A stretch of DNA of 64,000 nucleotides from Octopus vulgaris (GCA_951406725.2 OX597825.1:18910001-18974000), one strand, 5' to 3'; shown: positions 41,963 through 58,207, counted from the first letter of the stretch. Notes: a model not told the origin generated them from the letters alone. Numbers and translations are program-made.

Positions 41963-43364
41963 CGTTTCGTATATCCGCTATATGCACGACGGATGGAAAA
42001 CATATCAAACATATCCAACGCTTTAAGTTTAGGATAAAATGTATCAGAATCAAAAATCTATAAAAAATACATTGAAATTAAAAAAGATACATAACATTGT
42101 TAATGGAATTTCACAAAATACTGGCCACCATGTAAGGCGACAACATATTAATTTTACTATGAGGTTCAAAGATACTCTTCCAGAAGCTTCCTTTCAGATG
42201 AGTTAGACGTCTAGATTTTCATTTTTCTACATGTCTGCAACACATAACAAAATCATGCTTTTATCAGTCTGATCCAAACTTGCAGTAATAGTAGTAATAG
42301 TAGTCATAGCAACTGCACTAAGAGCAGACAAAAAATTACTACTAATACTACAACGACAAAATACTGCATTACTAACAGTACTAAAGTTTTCGTTTGTAAA
42401 ACGAAAAACAGAAACCGAAGCTAAGCTCACAATTACAGGAAGAATTACAGCAATATATAAAAAAAAGATTTCTTCAGATTTTTCGTATAAGTGTATGATA
42501 TATTTAGTATGAATTTGTTTTTCGTATCATATGTTATATAACTTTCGTGAGATCAACATATCACCCTTACTTTTTTAATGCTTTTGCTCGCATACTAACT
42601 GATAAAATCAGAGCTAAAATAAATAGAAAATAATTTGGTAACGCTAACAGCTGAGATATACTTAAAACATACGTTGCTTTATAGCTTGCTGCATTACGAT
42701 AGACAATGTGACATGGATTTGCACTTGATACAATCGCATGCTAATTATTTTACACCGAAATCATTATTAGATGTAGCTAGATCATCAATTGCACATGCAC
42801 ATGTGTGTGCACGTACCTAAGTACACACACACACACACTCAGACATGGGAAAATGCATACGTATACATGTGTGTGTGCGTGTATATGTATATATTATATA
42901 TATTTATACGGATATATATATATGTATGTGTATGTCTGTGAGTGTTTATATATAGATATAATTATATGCACATATGTACATATATATATATGCATATATG
43001 CACGTATATGCATATATACACGTATATGCATACATATGTATGTATATATATATATATACATATACATATGCACATTTATTTATACTTACATACATAGACA
43101 CATACATAGGCGCATACCTACACACATACTTATGCACATTTATGGATATGCTTAATACAAGCTTACGCAGAAGTTTAATTTGGCAGCCATTTTCTTATTG
43201 TACCTTGTCAGACTTACAGTGCAACTAATCATTTATTTATTTACCTATTTTTTTCGTGGAAGATATATATCTTCGTTTTGTAGATGGCGTATTTAATTTG
43301 CAATATACAACATACATAATTGTTCTAGTTTTTGCACATACACACATATACACACACACACACA

Positions 43365-43452
<88 letters not shown>

Positions 43453-43485
43453 ATATCTATCAAACTCTCTCTCTCTCTCTCTCTC

Positions 43486-43537
<52 letters not shown>

Positions 43538-43652
43538 TTTCACGTACACAATTATATATATAAAGCAACGTAATCATACGATCATATATGGGCAATTATG
43601 TATTGTCTATTGATAAATTTGTTTCGGTAACATACATGTTTGAATTAATCTT

Positions 43653-43815
43653 TCCTACTATAGGCACAAAACCTGAAATTTTGTAGGAGAAGACTAGTCA
43701 ACAACATTGGCCCCAGTCCTCACACGGTATTTGTCTTATCGACTCCTGACAATGAAAGGTAAAATTGACCTCAGCGGAATTCGATCTCAGAATGTAAAGC
43801 CGAAAAAATGCCCCA
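43653..43815 (-). mobile_element. SINE family A 3' fragment
   Basis: ctactataggcacaaaacctgaaatttt...tgaaaggtaaaattgacctcagcggaatt. Confidence 0.7.
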
Positions 43816-44172
43816 AAGAATTGTTCAAACAGTGAAATGTTTCTTCCATCTCTCTCTACATGTTTGTATAAGAATATGTCGTTCATATGACATGGATTAT
43901 TTAAATAATGTAATATTTAAAGCAATTCCAAACGTTCCCGAGCTGTTTTCTATAAAAGCGTCATCCGATTGTTGCTGAAACTTTTTTATACGCGGTCAGT
44001 TTTAGCTCAGGTGACATAATTTCAAAATCACGTGCAATTAAAACGCCCATTCTTTCCATATGTATGTCAAGATCTGTATTTTTCAACATACCACACTATA
44101 TGTATGTGTGTATTATATATACATCATATCATGTATGTATCTATATATATTTTATATGTGTTTGTGTGTATA

Positions 44173-44213
<41 letters not shown>

Positions 44214-44280
44214 ATATATTTTTCATTTTTGGATTTCGTTTGCAAGATTACTTATATGAGTTCGTGTGTTGAAGCATATT

Positions 44281-44687
<407 letters not shown>

Positions 44688-44721
44688 GCATATGAATATA
44701 TTTACACACTCCCGCACGCAA

Positions 44722-44755
<34 letters not shown>

Positions 44756-45319
44756 TCGTTGTATCCAAAATTTCGCCAAGTGTAATTTATCATTTTCATT
44801 CGCATAAACCAGTTTGATATAATTTTAGCCGTACACATCCACTGGCAAATGATTGACCACTGCAAAATGTTGAAATAATTGCCACCATGCTGTATAAGAC
44901 GAAAGCCTTCTCGAAACGTACGTAGTTTCCCTGAGTTCATGTAGACGACTATTAAGCTTACTTCACCATTATCTCTTTTTCGTACATGCTGACTAAATAT
45001 TGCAACACTTTCCTCTCTCTATTTCCGTCCCTCTCTAGCTCACATATTACTCCTCCTCCAATTTTCACTAAATACATAGTACTTTCCTACCATCCGCTCT
45101 ATTTGTCTCACTTCTCTCACTTGCAATATCATTTATCACCTCTCGCTCTCTTCGACATTCGGGCTATTACACGACCTCATTCATTTTTCACTTCAAAACT
45201 ACAGTTTTAAAATGTTCGAAATTTAAAGAGAGGACATGAAAATAATATTAAAAAAAAATACATTCGGCTTATTATATAACATACATAAGTAAGTATTCTT
45301 ACCTATAAATGTTGACACA

Positions 45320-45385
45320 TACATATATGCGCGTATGTATGTATATATATATATACATTAATGCATATGTATATATATATATATG

Positions 45386-45481
<96 letters not shown>

Positions 45482-45610
45482 TATATATACATTTATATAT
45501 AAATATATCTATATATATAGATCTGCATATATATATATGTGTGTGTGTGTATGTGTGATTTATATTCATATATGTACATACACTCACATACACACAGACA
45601 CACACAAACA
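45320..45610. repeat. (TA)n-rich compound microsatellite
   Basis: Direct reading. Confidence 0.93.
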
Positions 45611-46017
45611 CATATATTTCAAATTAATCAGTATTTTACTAGCGTTTAATTAGCTGAGTGACAAGTTAAGTGGGTTATGACATGTGCCTCGCCATCATGA
45701 CAAATATATTTAGATTCATAGATATATCTTCAATTATTTTCGGCAGATGTATATTTTATTCTTGTTCTTCTTCATAAAGACTACGTAGTTATTAATTACA
45801 TTTTGCTGATGCATTTGTAGACGATATTATTCTTTTTAAGCACGCAATATATACATGCGCCCACATACATACACATATTTACATATTCATGCACACATCC
45901 ATCCATATAGATACATGTATATATACATATATGTATAAATTAATATATATGTGTGTATGTGTATGTATATATGTATATATATGTATGCATATATATATAT
46001 ATATATGTGTATTTATA

Positions 46018-46072
<55 letters not shown>

Positions 46073-46479
46073 ATAGATGTTGTGTGTATATGTATGTAAA
46101 TGTATGTATTCAAATAGAAAATGCAGTAAAGACTGTGAAGTCAGTTTCGCTGATAGATTTTATTGTTTAAAAAACGTAGGAAAAAATCATTTAAGTTACA
46201 TCGTAATTTTCACAATAAACATAAAAAATAGGATAAGAGTTTGAAATACGCCACGTCCAAGAACTTTTCTTTTATTCTCTATCATATGAGAAGCAATAAA
46301 CATGGAGAAAATTGAAGAAAAGTAAGTCCCTTAAGTAGGCGGAGAAATAGAAGGAAAATGATCCTTTCTACGATAGGCTGCAAAATACATTTTGCAGAAT
46401 AAAACAGTAAAGATAATGACGATGAATATAAATGCGTGTAAACGATAAAAAGTATTTATCAATTAAAAAACAGAATTAC

Positions 46480-46858
46480 TATCATCATCATCATTGTTCG
46501 ACCGTGGTCGAGACAATGGAATTTACCATGCTACGCCAGACTTCACGGTCCATCATGGCATTACGGAGGTCCTGTTGCTGGATGCCTGTATCCCTGGAGA
46601 TTACATCAGGGTAGGAGAGTGTGCGCCCTCTGGTATTGCGAGTAGATGGCTTCCAGAGAAGAAGAGTAGAAATTACCTCTTCTTCAGCTCTACAACAATG
46701 TCCAGCAAACTGGACTCTTCTACCTTTCACAAGAGATGACACAGGTGGTAGTTTCCCATATATTTGCATTTTGTTTGGATGGCGCTTCTACGAGAGATTT
46801 TGAGTTCTCATAAGGAGGCGAGTGTAGGTTCCATCCAACCGCCTCTCAAGCTTCTTTA
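46480..46858 (-). mobile_element. 5'-truncated RTE-clade LINE 3' end with (TGA)n tail
   Basis: KLERRLDGTYTRLLMR...YGKLPPVSSLVKGRRVQFAGHCCR...LLLWKP...RGR...AMMDREVWR: R.FAGH and DR..WR motifs typical of RTE C-termini. Confidence 0.85.
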
Positions 46859-47003
46859 TAATTACTATAGTAAAATACTACAATAATGAAGGAAACCACA
46901 GGTCTTACCAAGGAAACTCACTGATCTCTAGTAACCGTGCTCACCAGAAGTGCCATGGTAAGTGTTCCTTTTATGTATAAAAATGTTAGTGATATAATTT
47001 ATC

Positions 47004-47224
47004 CTACTCTTTACTCTTTTTACTCTTTTACTTGTTTCAGTCATTTGTTTGCGTCCATGCTGGAGCACCGCCTTTAATCGAGCAACTCGACCCCGGGACT
47101 TATTCTTTTGTAAGCCCAGTACTTATTCTATCGATCCCTTTTGCCGAACCGCTAAGTAACGGGGACATAAACACACCAGGATCGGTTGTCAAGCAATGCT
47201 AGGGAGACAAACACAGACACACAA

Positions 47225-47257
<33 letters not shown>

Positions 47258-47424
47258 CATATATACGACGGGCTTCTTTCAGTTTCCGTCTACCAAATCC
47301 ACTCACAAGGCTTTGGTCAGCCCGAGGCTATAATAGAAGACACTTCCCCAAGATGCCACGCAGTGGGACTGAACCCGGAACCATGTGGTTGGTAAACAAG
47401 CTACTTACCACACAGCCACTCCTG
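47004..47424 (-). mobile_element. SINE family B, near full length
   Basis: Close reverse-complement match to 57091-57493. Confidence 0.92.
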
Positions 47425-47559
47425 TGTGTGTTTTTTTTTTTTGTTTTTTGCTATGTGGAATAACAGCTCTATTTTTGCAGCTCACGAACATGAAGCGGTA
47501 TATGGGAGTAACTTGCTGTTATTTTCTGGTGTGGGTTCAGAGAGAGCGAGAGAGAGTTA

Positions 47560-47718
47560 GGAAAATCGTTAGCACGTTGAGAAAGAAGGCGTTTTATGTT
47601 CTGAGTTCAAATTCCGCCGAAGTCACTTTGTCATTCGATAAAATAAGTACTGGTATCGATACACTCGACGACACCTTCCACCAAAATTTTAGGCTTTGTA
47701 CCTATATTGGAAAGGACT
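47560..47718 (+). mobile_element. SINE family A, degenerate
   Basis: aatcgttagcacg...ttctgagttcaaattccgccgaagtc. Confidence 0.65.
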
Positions 47719-47859
47719 ATTGTGGGCCCTTTCTACCTGAGCGTTAGTGGCCGTCACCAGGTCCTGGCTGATAAAACTTAGCAGCAACATATAATCGTAT
47801 TTCTAGTAATTGCAGTTAGAGTTTCAGAAGGGGCTTTCTCTTGTATACTGTGAGACGTA

Positions 47860-48600
<741 letters not shown>

Positions 48601-48602
48601 AA

Positions 48603-49118
48603 ATTTTAACTGATTGGAAGTGTCATCATGTGCATTGTTTTGTCTTGGTATAAAAAAATAAGCTACAGCAAATATTCTGCTCAATACCACAGATTTGCAT
48701 TTTCAGTTGTTTGACCATAACCAGTTGAGCATGTCCTTTACTGGCTGACAATATGTGTATTTCTGATCACGAGCAGAAGTAGTGGGGGAGAATTATAGCC
48801 CTCTGTTGAGGAATTCTTTGGGGTTCGATAGTTCGCCTCCGGAAACATGGGTGTTTAATTAAACATCCTTAAACAGTCCTTATTCAGGTACCTTTTCAGC
48901 GGGATGGGCTACACGACCTGAAGAAATTTCTGACTGGGCCCCACCTGCAAGGTTATGCGCTGTTCATCTTGATATGAGATCACCATGTCGCGCATATATA
49001 GTTGTGATGCATGTGCCTAGTGTACCCTTATCAGACGAGAAGACATGATGGGTATACTGGGCTTCGTATATTTTACCCCAGTGTCATTTTGATGGCATTA
49101 ACTTCTCTCTCGCTCAAT
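48603..49118 (+). mobile_element. Retroposon X copy
   Basis: Homologous to 7178-7690. Confidence 0.87.
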
Positions 49119-49533
49119 AATTATTATTATAATTCTTTTTAATTGTTGGCTATTTCTAAGAAAACAATGAGCCAATTTTGTAACATTATAATTTATAATG
49201 CTTCAATTATATTTTTTAATTTTTTGCATAATCTTAAAGCAATATACATGCTGCAAATTAATATTGTAGTTGGAATAAAAGGCAATAGATTGCAGTTTAC
49301 ATCATACGTAATATATCATAGTGTCTTAAATTTACTTTTTGAAGCAACATGTTTTCTGATTATTATATAAACGTAACTGTACATTTCTAATTTGAACGAA
49401 AGCTGTGAAAGAATTTAAAACAATTTTTGTTCAAATTACATTGATATACGCGTATGGAAATGAGTATGAGGATTCTTATAATATACGTATATATTCTGTT
49501 TACACACACACAGATACACACCCGCACAAACAC

Positions 49534-49577
<44 letters not shown>

Positions 49578-50800
49578 TTACTGTCTCCCGGGTTTATTGT
49601 GCTAAGTCGCTTGGTGTTAAAATAAGGGTATTATTAAATTAATATCTAATTTTTCACCCTCATTTTTGTATATATATATATATACTTATATGTGTGTATA
49701 TATATATATATAAATATGTGTGTGTGTGTGTGTGTGTGTGTTTGAATATAAATATGTTTCGTAATATACTTATTAATATAACATTTGCGATGCCCATACC
49801 AAAAAATACTCTTCTCATTACTATGAAATATCAGTTGCCAGTTGTATGAATGTCAGAGGAAAAAAGGTGCAATTTTGAGATTCAGCATTTAAATCGTCAC
49901 GTTCTTGACGTCTATTGTCTAACTCTGATGGAGATTAAGTGTGTTCGTAACTAGAGCTGCAATATATTACTCTAAAATACTTGTAATATTTTTTAGCAAA
50001 GAAGTTTAAACTTATCATCAAATACTGAATTTGCAGTTTTTTACGGTACACGACATATGCAACACACAGACAGCATGTAGGATATGATTGTAATATCTCC
50101 CATATGAACCCTTTTTGTATTCTAACCTTTTATATTTCTTAATCGTAACGAGTAAACCATTCTACGTTTCCCGCAGTCAAACTTAAATATTTGATAGAAT
50201 TCCAATGACTACAAGTTATAGCTGTTCACAAAACATGTAAGATATAATTACAAAAAATTAAACTATACCAACTGACATAAGTTATTTGTGTTGGGACATC
50301 TGCAAAGTGATCTCTTCTAAATTAGTCATACAATAAGACAAGACAGCTTTATAAGATCAACTTATGTCTGTGAGAAGACATTAGGAAATTGGAATATGTT
50401 CGGTAAGGAATGAAAAATTCTTAAAGAATATCAGTATGCATACTCATATATGTATGTGTATGTGTGTGTGCGTGCCTACGTGCTTACGTACGTATGTATA
50501 TATGTTTGTATGTATGTATGTGTTTGTATATGGATGAATGGGTGCTGAAAATTTCCTCAATTTAAGGATATCACAAGTAATTTATTTATTGTGATAAATA
50601 TTAGGGTGCACAATCTCCGACCGAATCTTTCATATTCATGAATCTCATGAACTTTGGCCATTTAAACTTCAAATCCGTGATTGTTGGTAAAACAAGAAAA
50701 GTTTTTGATTCAAATTCGGAAAAATACGTCAACATCTGTCTGGATGAATGTATCACATTATAGAAGCAGACACATACACATGAACACATGTATGCATACT

Positions 50801-51012
50801 TACGAGGGACTGCGAAAAACTTCCTGGATTTGATGAACAGAAACTACAGAAGGGTCAGTTAATTATGATTTTATTCAACATATGACCCTCTCAGATTCAC
50901 ACACTTATGACAGCAGCCCTTCAGTGTTTCTAAGACCTCTAAAGGAATTCGGAAGATCGGGCCTCCAACTAGGACTTTCACGATACCTTAAAACTAGATA
51001 ATTTACAGCACA
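50801..51012. mobile_element. Tc1/mariner-type MITE, same family as 3142
   Basis: tacgaggga...cagttaattatgattttattcaacatat shared with 3140-3225. Confidence 0.75.
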
Positions 51013-51081
51013 TACTCCTACATACATACATACATACATACATACATACATACATACATACATACATACATACAGACATAG

Positions 51082-51238
51082 GCACGTACACCGAACCCAC
51101 GCACACAATCAGGCACGCACACGAGCACATACACACACACACACATACATACATACATACGGACACACGCACGTTACACCGAACCCACGCACACAATCAG
51201 GCACGCACACGAGCACATACACACACACACACACACAC
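51082..51238. repeat. Local tandem duplication, period ~89 bp
   Basis: acaccgaacccacgcacacaatcaggcacgcacacgagcacatacac at ~51087 and ~51176. Confidence 0.9.
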
Positions 51239-51329
51239 ATCTATTATATGTTTCAGCCCTGAGGCTCTGGCCATTCTGAGACACCGCCAATGTAATCATC
51301 TATTAAATGTCTAATTCTATATTTCTATG

Positions 51330-51634
51330 TGATTGGCTTTTAGCGAAGGAGGGAGTTCGATACGGCTGTTCCATTTTTAGTTTCCTACTTTGATATTGGT
51401 TCGTCTCGTATCTTGGATAGCAAGAGGTCAAGTTGTTTCTTGAAAACATATACCCCACTCCATGGAGATCCAAGGCGTTAAATAAATGCCGGATTTTGAA
51501 TTGCAAGCTATTGCAGTACATGGTTCTCGCCTTGGATGAAACAGCTTGGACTTGGGAACAATAAAGTGTCGTCCAGTTTGAGGACTGGTAAAACTCTGAA
51601 TTCCAAAGTTTAGTACCAGCCCCTCCAGTATCTT

Positions 51635-51640
<6 letters not shown>
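51330..51640 (-). mobile_element. CR1/L2-like LINE C-terminal fragment
   Basis: WKILEGLVPNFGI...TGRH.IVPK / YCNSLQF...LFNAL..DLHGV / FKKQLDLLLSKIRDEP across frameshifts; FK..LD-type terminus. Confidence 0.65.
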
Positions 51641-51687
<47 letters not shown>

Positions 51688-52240
51688 TGCATACCTATCT
51701 CTCTTCGCTCCTGGAAGTAGTGTCATATATACATAGGCTATCGTCATCCAGTTTGCTTCCAGTCAGCGGTTTATTTATTTCTAAGTTATGACATACAGGT
51801 TACATGACGGAAAAATTATGATAAACACATGCTTGTCATTTGCTCCTTACGTAGGTTTCCTAAATGAGGCCGCATGGTATTCAGCTATAACAGTTCCAAA
51901 TGAAACTGGTAGTTTAATCACAACGGAACAACACAAGAGGACTTTATTGTATTATGATACAGAGATCAAGTATTTATGATCAAATGTCTGTGAAACATTT
52001 CATCTGTGAATCATAATGAAATAAAGAATTCCTCTGATGGTCTGTAGGGATTAAGCATCAATTCAAAGTTCGAACATGTAATTCACAAATTCCATTCTAC
52101 CACATCTTGTGTGTATCAGAAAGTCTAATATACATATGTGTGTGTGTGTATACATATATACAAATACATATATATCTGTATAAGTACATATATATATATA
52201 TGTATAAATATATATGTATATATATATATATGTGTGTGTG

Positions 52241-52300
<60 letters not shown>

Positions 52301-52312
52301 ATATATAAACGG

Positions 52313-52348
<36 letters not shown>

Positions 52349-53844
52349 GTTATCTATTTTGGCCGTCTTTTTTAAATATACCAATATGTTTTATTATGAA
52401 ACAATAATTTTACGATTTTACATTTAAATATATATTGCCTTATATGTTTGAAATCATAATTCATTAGAAATGAAAAAAACTTCACCGTCTATAACAGTAT
52501 TAATATGTTGACTTCTTTAAATGAAACGCTAATTGAAGTCATTTTTCGAATCCATTCTTTGTTTTTGGCGCAGGTATAATTATGTAAATTCATGATTTTC
52601 TTTTGGTTGTTTTATTACATTCATAACCGTACACCGTGTTTGATGTTAAATAATTTCCAAATTGCAAATCCATTTATTATTTTTACTGTAGCTTTTATAC
52701 ATATATTTTTTTTATTTTTCTATTCTACACGTTTATTTCTTTTTTGTTTTTTTTTTACTTTGAAATCTTCATGTGCATTAGTGATATTACACCGTATTTT
52801 CTACCCCTCAATTATGAAATCAATGCGATTAAATATCATTTTCGTCATATACCGATTATTACGCGAAACGATTCCGAATATACAGTTAGTTGGTGTATAT
52901 TCCCCCAAATATACCAATTTCGTATTTATAATTTAAAATACTTTAGCTATTTTAATTGTCACCCATACATCTAGATTTCGAATTCTTAAGATGATAATTA
53001 CATTTGATAAATCGGAATGTAACTTTAGATATGCAACAGAAGAGGGAAGATAGGTATTTGCTATTTTTGTTTTGTTTTGTCTTGCATTTTCTTTTGTATT
53101 GTTTTTGTGACCATTATTGTATGAGAATATATGGATAAATGATATATTCCTTCTCTGTTAATACAAAATGGGTGAATTAACTGCTGGATACTTCCATGAA
53201 TCTGAAAAATATAGGAAATAATCTTATTAGATTACGAAGATAATATCTTCTTAATATTTTTTTCCTATCGAGATAATGGAAATGATGATGAATATGAACA
53301 TGAAAAATGAATATTCTGAAAACGTGAATGTAATATAGACACACATATACACTCACTCGCACACACACACAAACACAAACACATGAAAACACACACACTG
53401 AAATACACACAGACACACACACAAACACGCATGTATTCTTTAAAAATTAGAAAAAACGCCATAAATATTACTCTCTTAAAAAAATTATTAGTTTTCATGA
53501 TAGATTGTTTTCAGCTTGCATCTTGCGATAACGTGAATGTGGTTTTATCATTGAGCAATATAGACTCTGCTGCGATAATATCTGCTGATGATACGTGGTA
53601 AAGTGTATTTCGACACAGGGAACGTTAACCAAATCCTCATTTAAAATCAACCAAATACGTTGATATTTTTGTAAATTATCTGACATTATTGAGTGTTAAT
53701 TTAAATAATTATGTAAGCTCGAATCTCGTCAAAATCTGCTTTGCTGATATAGTAATTTCAAGTTATTTGCTATATTACTTTTCTGTGAGACTTCGTTTTC
53801 TCTTTCGTTTTAATTAAACATTTATATATATTTATGTGTATCTA

Positions 53845-53998
53845 TTGGGTTGTGCGGAAAGTTCATGCCGATTTTTAAAGGAAGAAAAAGGTCAATAAAT
53901 ACTTGCCATTACATTTCTAATGAACCAAATATGAACCATTTTGTTGCACAATGCGTCTCCATCTTTCCTTTAACTTGAAAATACCCTCTTCCCAGATT
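53845..53998 (-). mobile_element. One end of the mariner family seen at 19017
   Basis: ta-ttgggttgtgcggaaagttcatgccgattttt...ctcttcccaga closely matches 19017-19169. Confidence 0.88.
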
Positions 53999-54560
53999 GG
54001 AAAGCCTCCAGACCCAAACACATCCACTGTATGAAATAATGCAAATCTGGATTCATCTCAGAAAATCTCTCTATCCCCAAATGAAGCGGATTTTTCTGAC
54101 ATCTCCTTAGCCCATTTCTTTGTTTTCATAATATTAATTGGTTGAAGAAGAGGTTTTCTTCTAGCTGCTCGTCCATAATACCCAAGCTTATGCAGATATG
54201 TAACACACGTTCTTAGAATAACTTCTAGCGGCTTTGCTATGGCAGAAGCCTTCGACCGGAGTTCGTTTTCCATAATTCTCTTCAAATAGCGAAGCCTCCT
54301 TTCCGAGGGCCCAAGTCGGCCGGACGAGAATGTGTTGATTCTTTTCCTTAGATTTTGAATTTCACTATAATTCTATTAACAATAGGAAGATTTTCGGCAA
54401 TTTTTACGCTGGCTAAGACCAACATCAGACTGTCCAACAATACGATCTCTTTGAAAATCTGATAGTTCTGGTTAATTTTTTGTGCGGGGCATGGTTACTC
54501 TTCGCAAATGTTTAATATAATGGCACCTGGAATGAAAAAGAATAATAACATTGTAAATTC
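53999..54560 (-). mobile_element. Decayed Tc1 transposase N-terminal fragment
   Basis: MPR.. near 54493; YLHKLGYYGRAARRKPLL...KWAK...IF.DESRF. Confidence 0.85.
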
Positions 54561-54637
54561 TACACCGCTGAAAGCATATTAAATCGCTTAGATCAGAAAT
54601 TTTGAAAATTAAAGGTGTCTATTTCCTTCCTATATGT

Positions 54638-54720
<83 letters not shown>

Positions 54721-54849
54721 AAAACTTACTTGGAGAAAAGAAAACAACGCGTGCGTTCGGTCATATAAAAACAATATAATAAATAAACATATGCATATAT
54801 ACATACATATATGTACATACTTACAACTATATGTATATATACATGCATA

Positions 54850-55025
54850 TATGAGTACAGGACACCACAAATAAACGTAGAACACAGCGAGAAACGAAAA
54901 CATAAAATCAAACAAGGAAACTGACTTTATTTAACAACGAAAAAACAGAGTACAGGACAAACAATACAAGGAAAATTCCCCTTCATCAGCTGCCCCTGGT
55001 TCGACTCAATGCGTGTTTCGAAGGT
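54850..55025 (-). mobile_element. Short TA-flanked element with GAAAC and CTGATGA hammerhead half-motifs (Penelope-like LTR fragment?)
   Basis: Minus strand ccttcGAAACacgcattgaGTCgaaccaggggcagCTGATGAagggg; helices imperfect. Confidence 0.35.
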
Positions 55026-55069
55026 AAGTATGTATATGTATGTATATATGCATATGTTTAATTAATTAT

Positions 55070-55142
<73 letters not shown>

Positions 55143-55157
55143 ATGTATATGTATATA

Positions 55158-55536
55158 TCTCTCTATATATAAACGGCAGTTTGTCTGTGCGTTTTCTGTG
55201 TGTCTGTTTTCTCGTACCCTCACTCTGACCACGGCTTTCAACCGATTCTGATGAAACTTGACACACACATAGCCCAATGTCATAATTCAAAACTAACGCA
55301 GCGAAAATTTTGAAAAGTTCCCCCAGTTCTGAAAAAAATCGATAAATTCGACATGGGTTCGAGAATCAGAAACCCAAACCACAGACCGTCTAGGGGACGC
55401 AACTCCACCTTTTTTAACTCTCAAAAAAAATTTACCATCATTTTTTTTCCATTTTTTTGCTATTTTTTGGCTATACTAAAAATGCTTTATAGTTATTTCC
55501 CTTACAAACCTGAGCAACGCCGGGCGATACTGCTAG
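55158..55536 (+). mobile_element. Non-autonomous Helitron-like element
   Basis: 5' tctctctatatataaa; 3' end acaaacctgagcaacgccgggcgatactgCTAGt shared with the 37941 copy. Confidence 0.75.
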
Positions 55537-55990
55537 TATGTATATATCTATATCTATTTATCTATCTCTCTCTCTCTATATATATATATACATATATGTG
55601 TGTTTGTGTGTATAATTATTTTTTTATATCAGTAATTAAAAATAGAACAAGGTGACATGGCTCTTTTCAAGGCCAAGGTCAGCATTCTCATTGCTCGGTA
55701 GTAGTAGTAAACATATTTGACCTCTGCTGATCCCAAGCATGCGAGGCCGCTTTTGTCTCCTTATCGCACAGGAATGCCCATTGCTAATCTCTTCACCATC
55801 TGCTGAATCTATTTACAGAGCTGTAGAATTTAATCTATCTACCAGGCAGTCTATCTTGCCCCTACTACTCCCTTAAATACTCACATATTTATGATCATCC
55901 CAATATAAGACCAAAGTTGAAAAAAACAACATTTAAAAATACCTTTTAATAATAAAAGGAAATAATAATAATGACAATAATAGTGATGGA

Positions 55991-56031
<41 letters not shown>

Positions 56032-56033
<2 letters not shown>

Positions 56034-56140
56034 CATGTGCCTGGTGTACCTTTATCAGACGGGTAGTCATGATGGGTATATTGGGCTTCGTATATTTTGC
56101 CCCAGTGTCACTTTGATGGTATGCACTGCTCTCTCACTCA
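56032..56140 (+). mobile_element. Retroposon X 3' fragment in (AAT)n
   Basis: Matches 7581-7690; (AAT)n on both sides. Confidence 0.85.
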
Positions 56141-56158
56141 ATAATAATAATAATAATG

Positions 56159-56223
<65 letters not shown>

Positions 56224-56290
56224 TTAGCCAAAGCTCATATCAGATCAGAGGGAATATAAACCATGACAAATAGTAGTAAAAGAAATGACT

Positions 56291-56752
<462 letters not shown>

Positions 56753-56884
56753 ATTAGTGATGATAATAATAATTATGAAAGTAAGCAGTTGGAATCTCCC
56801 TATGCTATGATCTAGTGATGGTGTCACAATAAAAACAATGATAATTGCGCAGCCTGATAATCGCTACCTCATATGTGTGACTAC

Positions 56885-57045
56885 GCACTGATATGTAGCT
56901 CCCAGGAATAAGACCTAAGAACTATTTACACCAAGTTTCAAATAGATAAGAACAGTGAATCCTCCCTTTGTTGGATGTGTGGCAGCAAAAATGAAACAAT
57001 TTCACATATTTTGAGTGAGTGTAGCAAGCTGGCCCAAATGCATAT
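56885..57045 (+). mobile_element. RLE LINE CCHC zinc-knuckle fragment (absent from the ORF track)
   Basis: ALICSSQE*DLRTIYTKFQIDKNSESSLCWMCGSKNETISHILSECSKLAQ aligns with LIAAQDQSLPT...CRICG..ETINHIISSC.VLA at 5801. Confidence 0.82.
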
Positions 57046-57090
57046 TTGGACAGAAAACAGTGCAATACATTTTAAAGAAATAAGTAGTAT

Positions 57091-57493
57091 AGGCGCAGGT
57101 GTGGCTGTGTGGTAAGTAGCTTGTTTACCAACCACATGGTTCCGGGTTCAGTCCCACTGCGTGGCACCTTGGGCAAGTGTCTTCTACTATAGCCTCGGGC
57201 CGACCAAAGCCCTGTGAGTGGATTTGGTAGATGGAAACTGCAAGAAGCCCGTCGTATATATGTATATATATATATATATATGTATGTGTGTCTGTGTTTG
57301 TCCCCCTAGCATTGCTTGACAACCGATGCTGGTGTGTTTATGTTCCCGTCAACTAGCGGTTCGGCAAAAGAGACCGATATAATAAGTAATGGGCTTACAA
57401 AGAATAAGTGCCGGGATCGAGTTGCTCGATTAAAGGCGGTGCTCCAGCATGGCCGCAGTCAAATGACTGAAACAAGTAAAAGAGAAAGAGAGT
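57091..57493 (+). mobile_element. SINE family B, reference copy (tRNA-like head, internal microsatellite, aaaagag tail)
   Basis: ggcgcaggtgtggctgtgtggtaag (A box) ... gggttcagtccc (B box) ... caccttgggcaagtgtctt (CORE-like) ... aaacaagtaaaagag. Confidence 0.92.
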
Positions 57494-57979
57494 ATACTGT
57501 TTTTGAGTACGTTTGCCGTTAATCTGTTTTAACAGTAAGCCGAGCCTGACTGACCAACCGTATAATCTAAATCGTTCACTCGTGACTACTTCATATTTTT
57601 GCATATCTGTGATCATTATATTCATTGTGGTCATTGGTAGGAAATAAATTTTGGTAGCAAGTCAAGTGATGGCTTATAAACGTTATTGTTGGTGTAATTA
57701 GTTTAACGCGAGAATGACGTCTGCACACTAACTGGCGGGTCAATGCAGATCAAAAGAATTGACCGATAATCTGTGATGAGTGTTTGAGTACTGCAGCTAA
57801 TCTGAAGTGTCATTGAAGGTGCTAAAATGCAAATACGTCTTAAGTGAAAAGAAAAAAAAATTACTGGTTAATGTTAAATAAATCTAAGAGTTGATCTGCC
57901 TGAAAAACACTAGTGCAATTAGCATAATTATACCATTGTCATTAGGCTATTAATGAAATTATAATAATATAAAATATTT

Positions 57980-58207
57980 CTTCTCGAGCCATGCTAGGCT
58001 CATAAGGGCCGGTTTCCCGGTTTCCCCCACCTGGACAGGACGCCGGTCCGTCGCCGGATTACTCATTTTTGCCTGCTGAGTGGACTGGAGCAACGTGAAA
58101 TGAAGTGTTTTGCTCAGGAACACAACGCATCACCCGGTCCAGGAATCGAATCCATAACCTTACGATCTTCAGTTCAACACCCTAACCACTAAGCCACGCG
58201 CCTCCAC
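57980..58207 (-). mobile_element. SINE group C (head H2, tail T3)
   Basis: Minus strand tggaggcgcgtggcttagtggttaggg...aaaaatgagtaa-tccggcgacggaccggcgtcc...ggctcgagaa. Confidence 0.87.

Noticed and set aside
55240-55262. CTGATGAAAC motif (also CTGATGAAA at 28204)
   Set aside because: No helix II; part of a Helitron-like body and of the Tc1 SDE codons respectively
57770-57806. Box C (GTGATGA) and box D (CTGA) pair suggesting a snoRNA
   Set aside because: Only ~30 nt apart with no terminal stem
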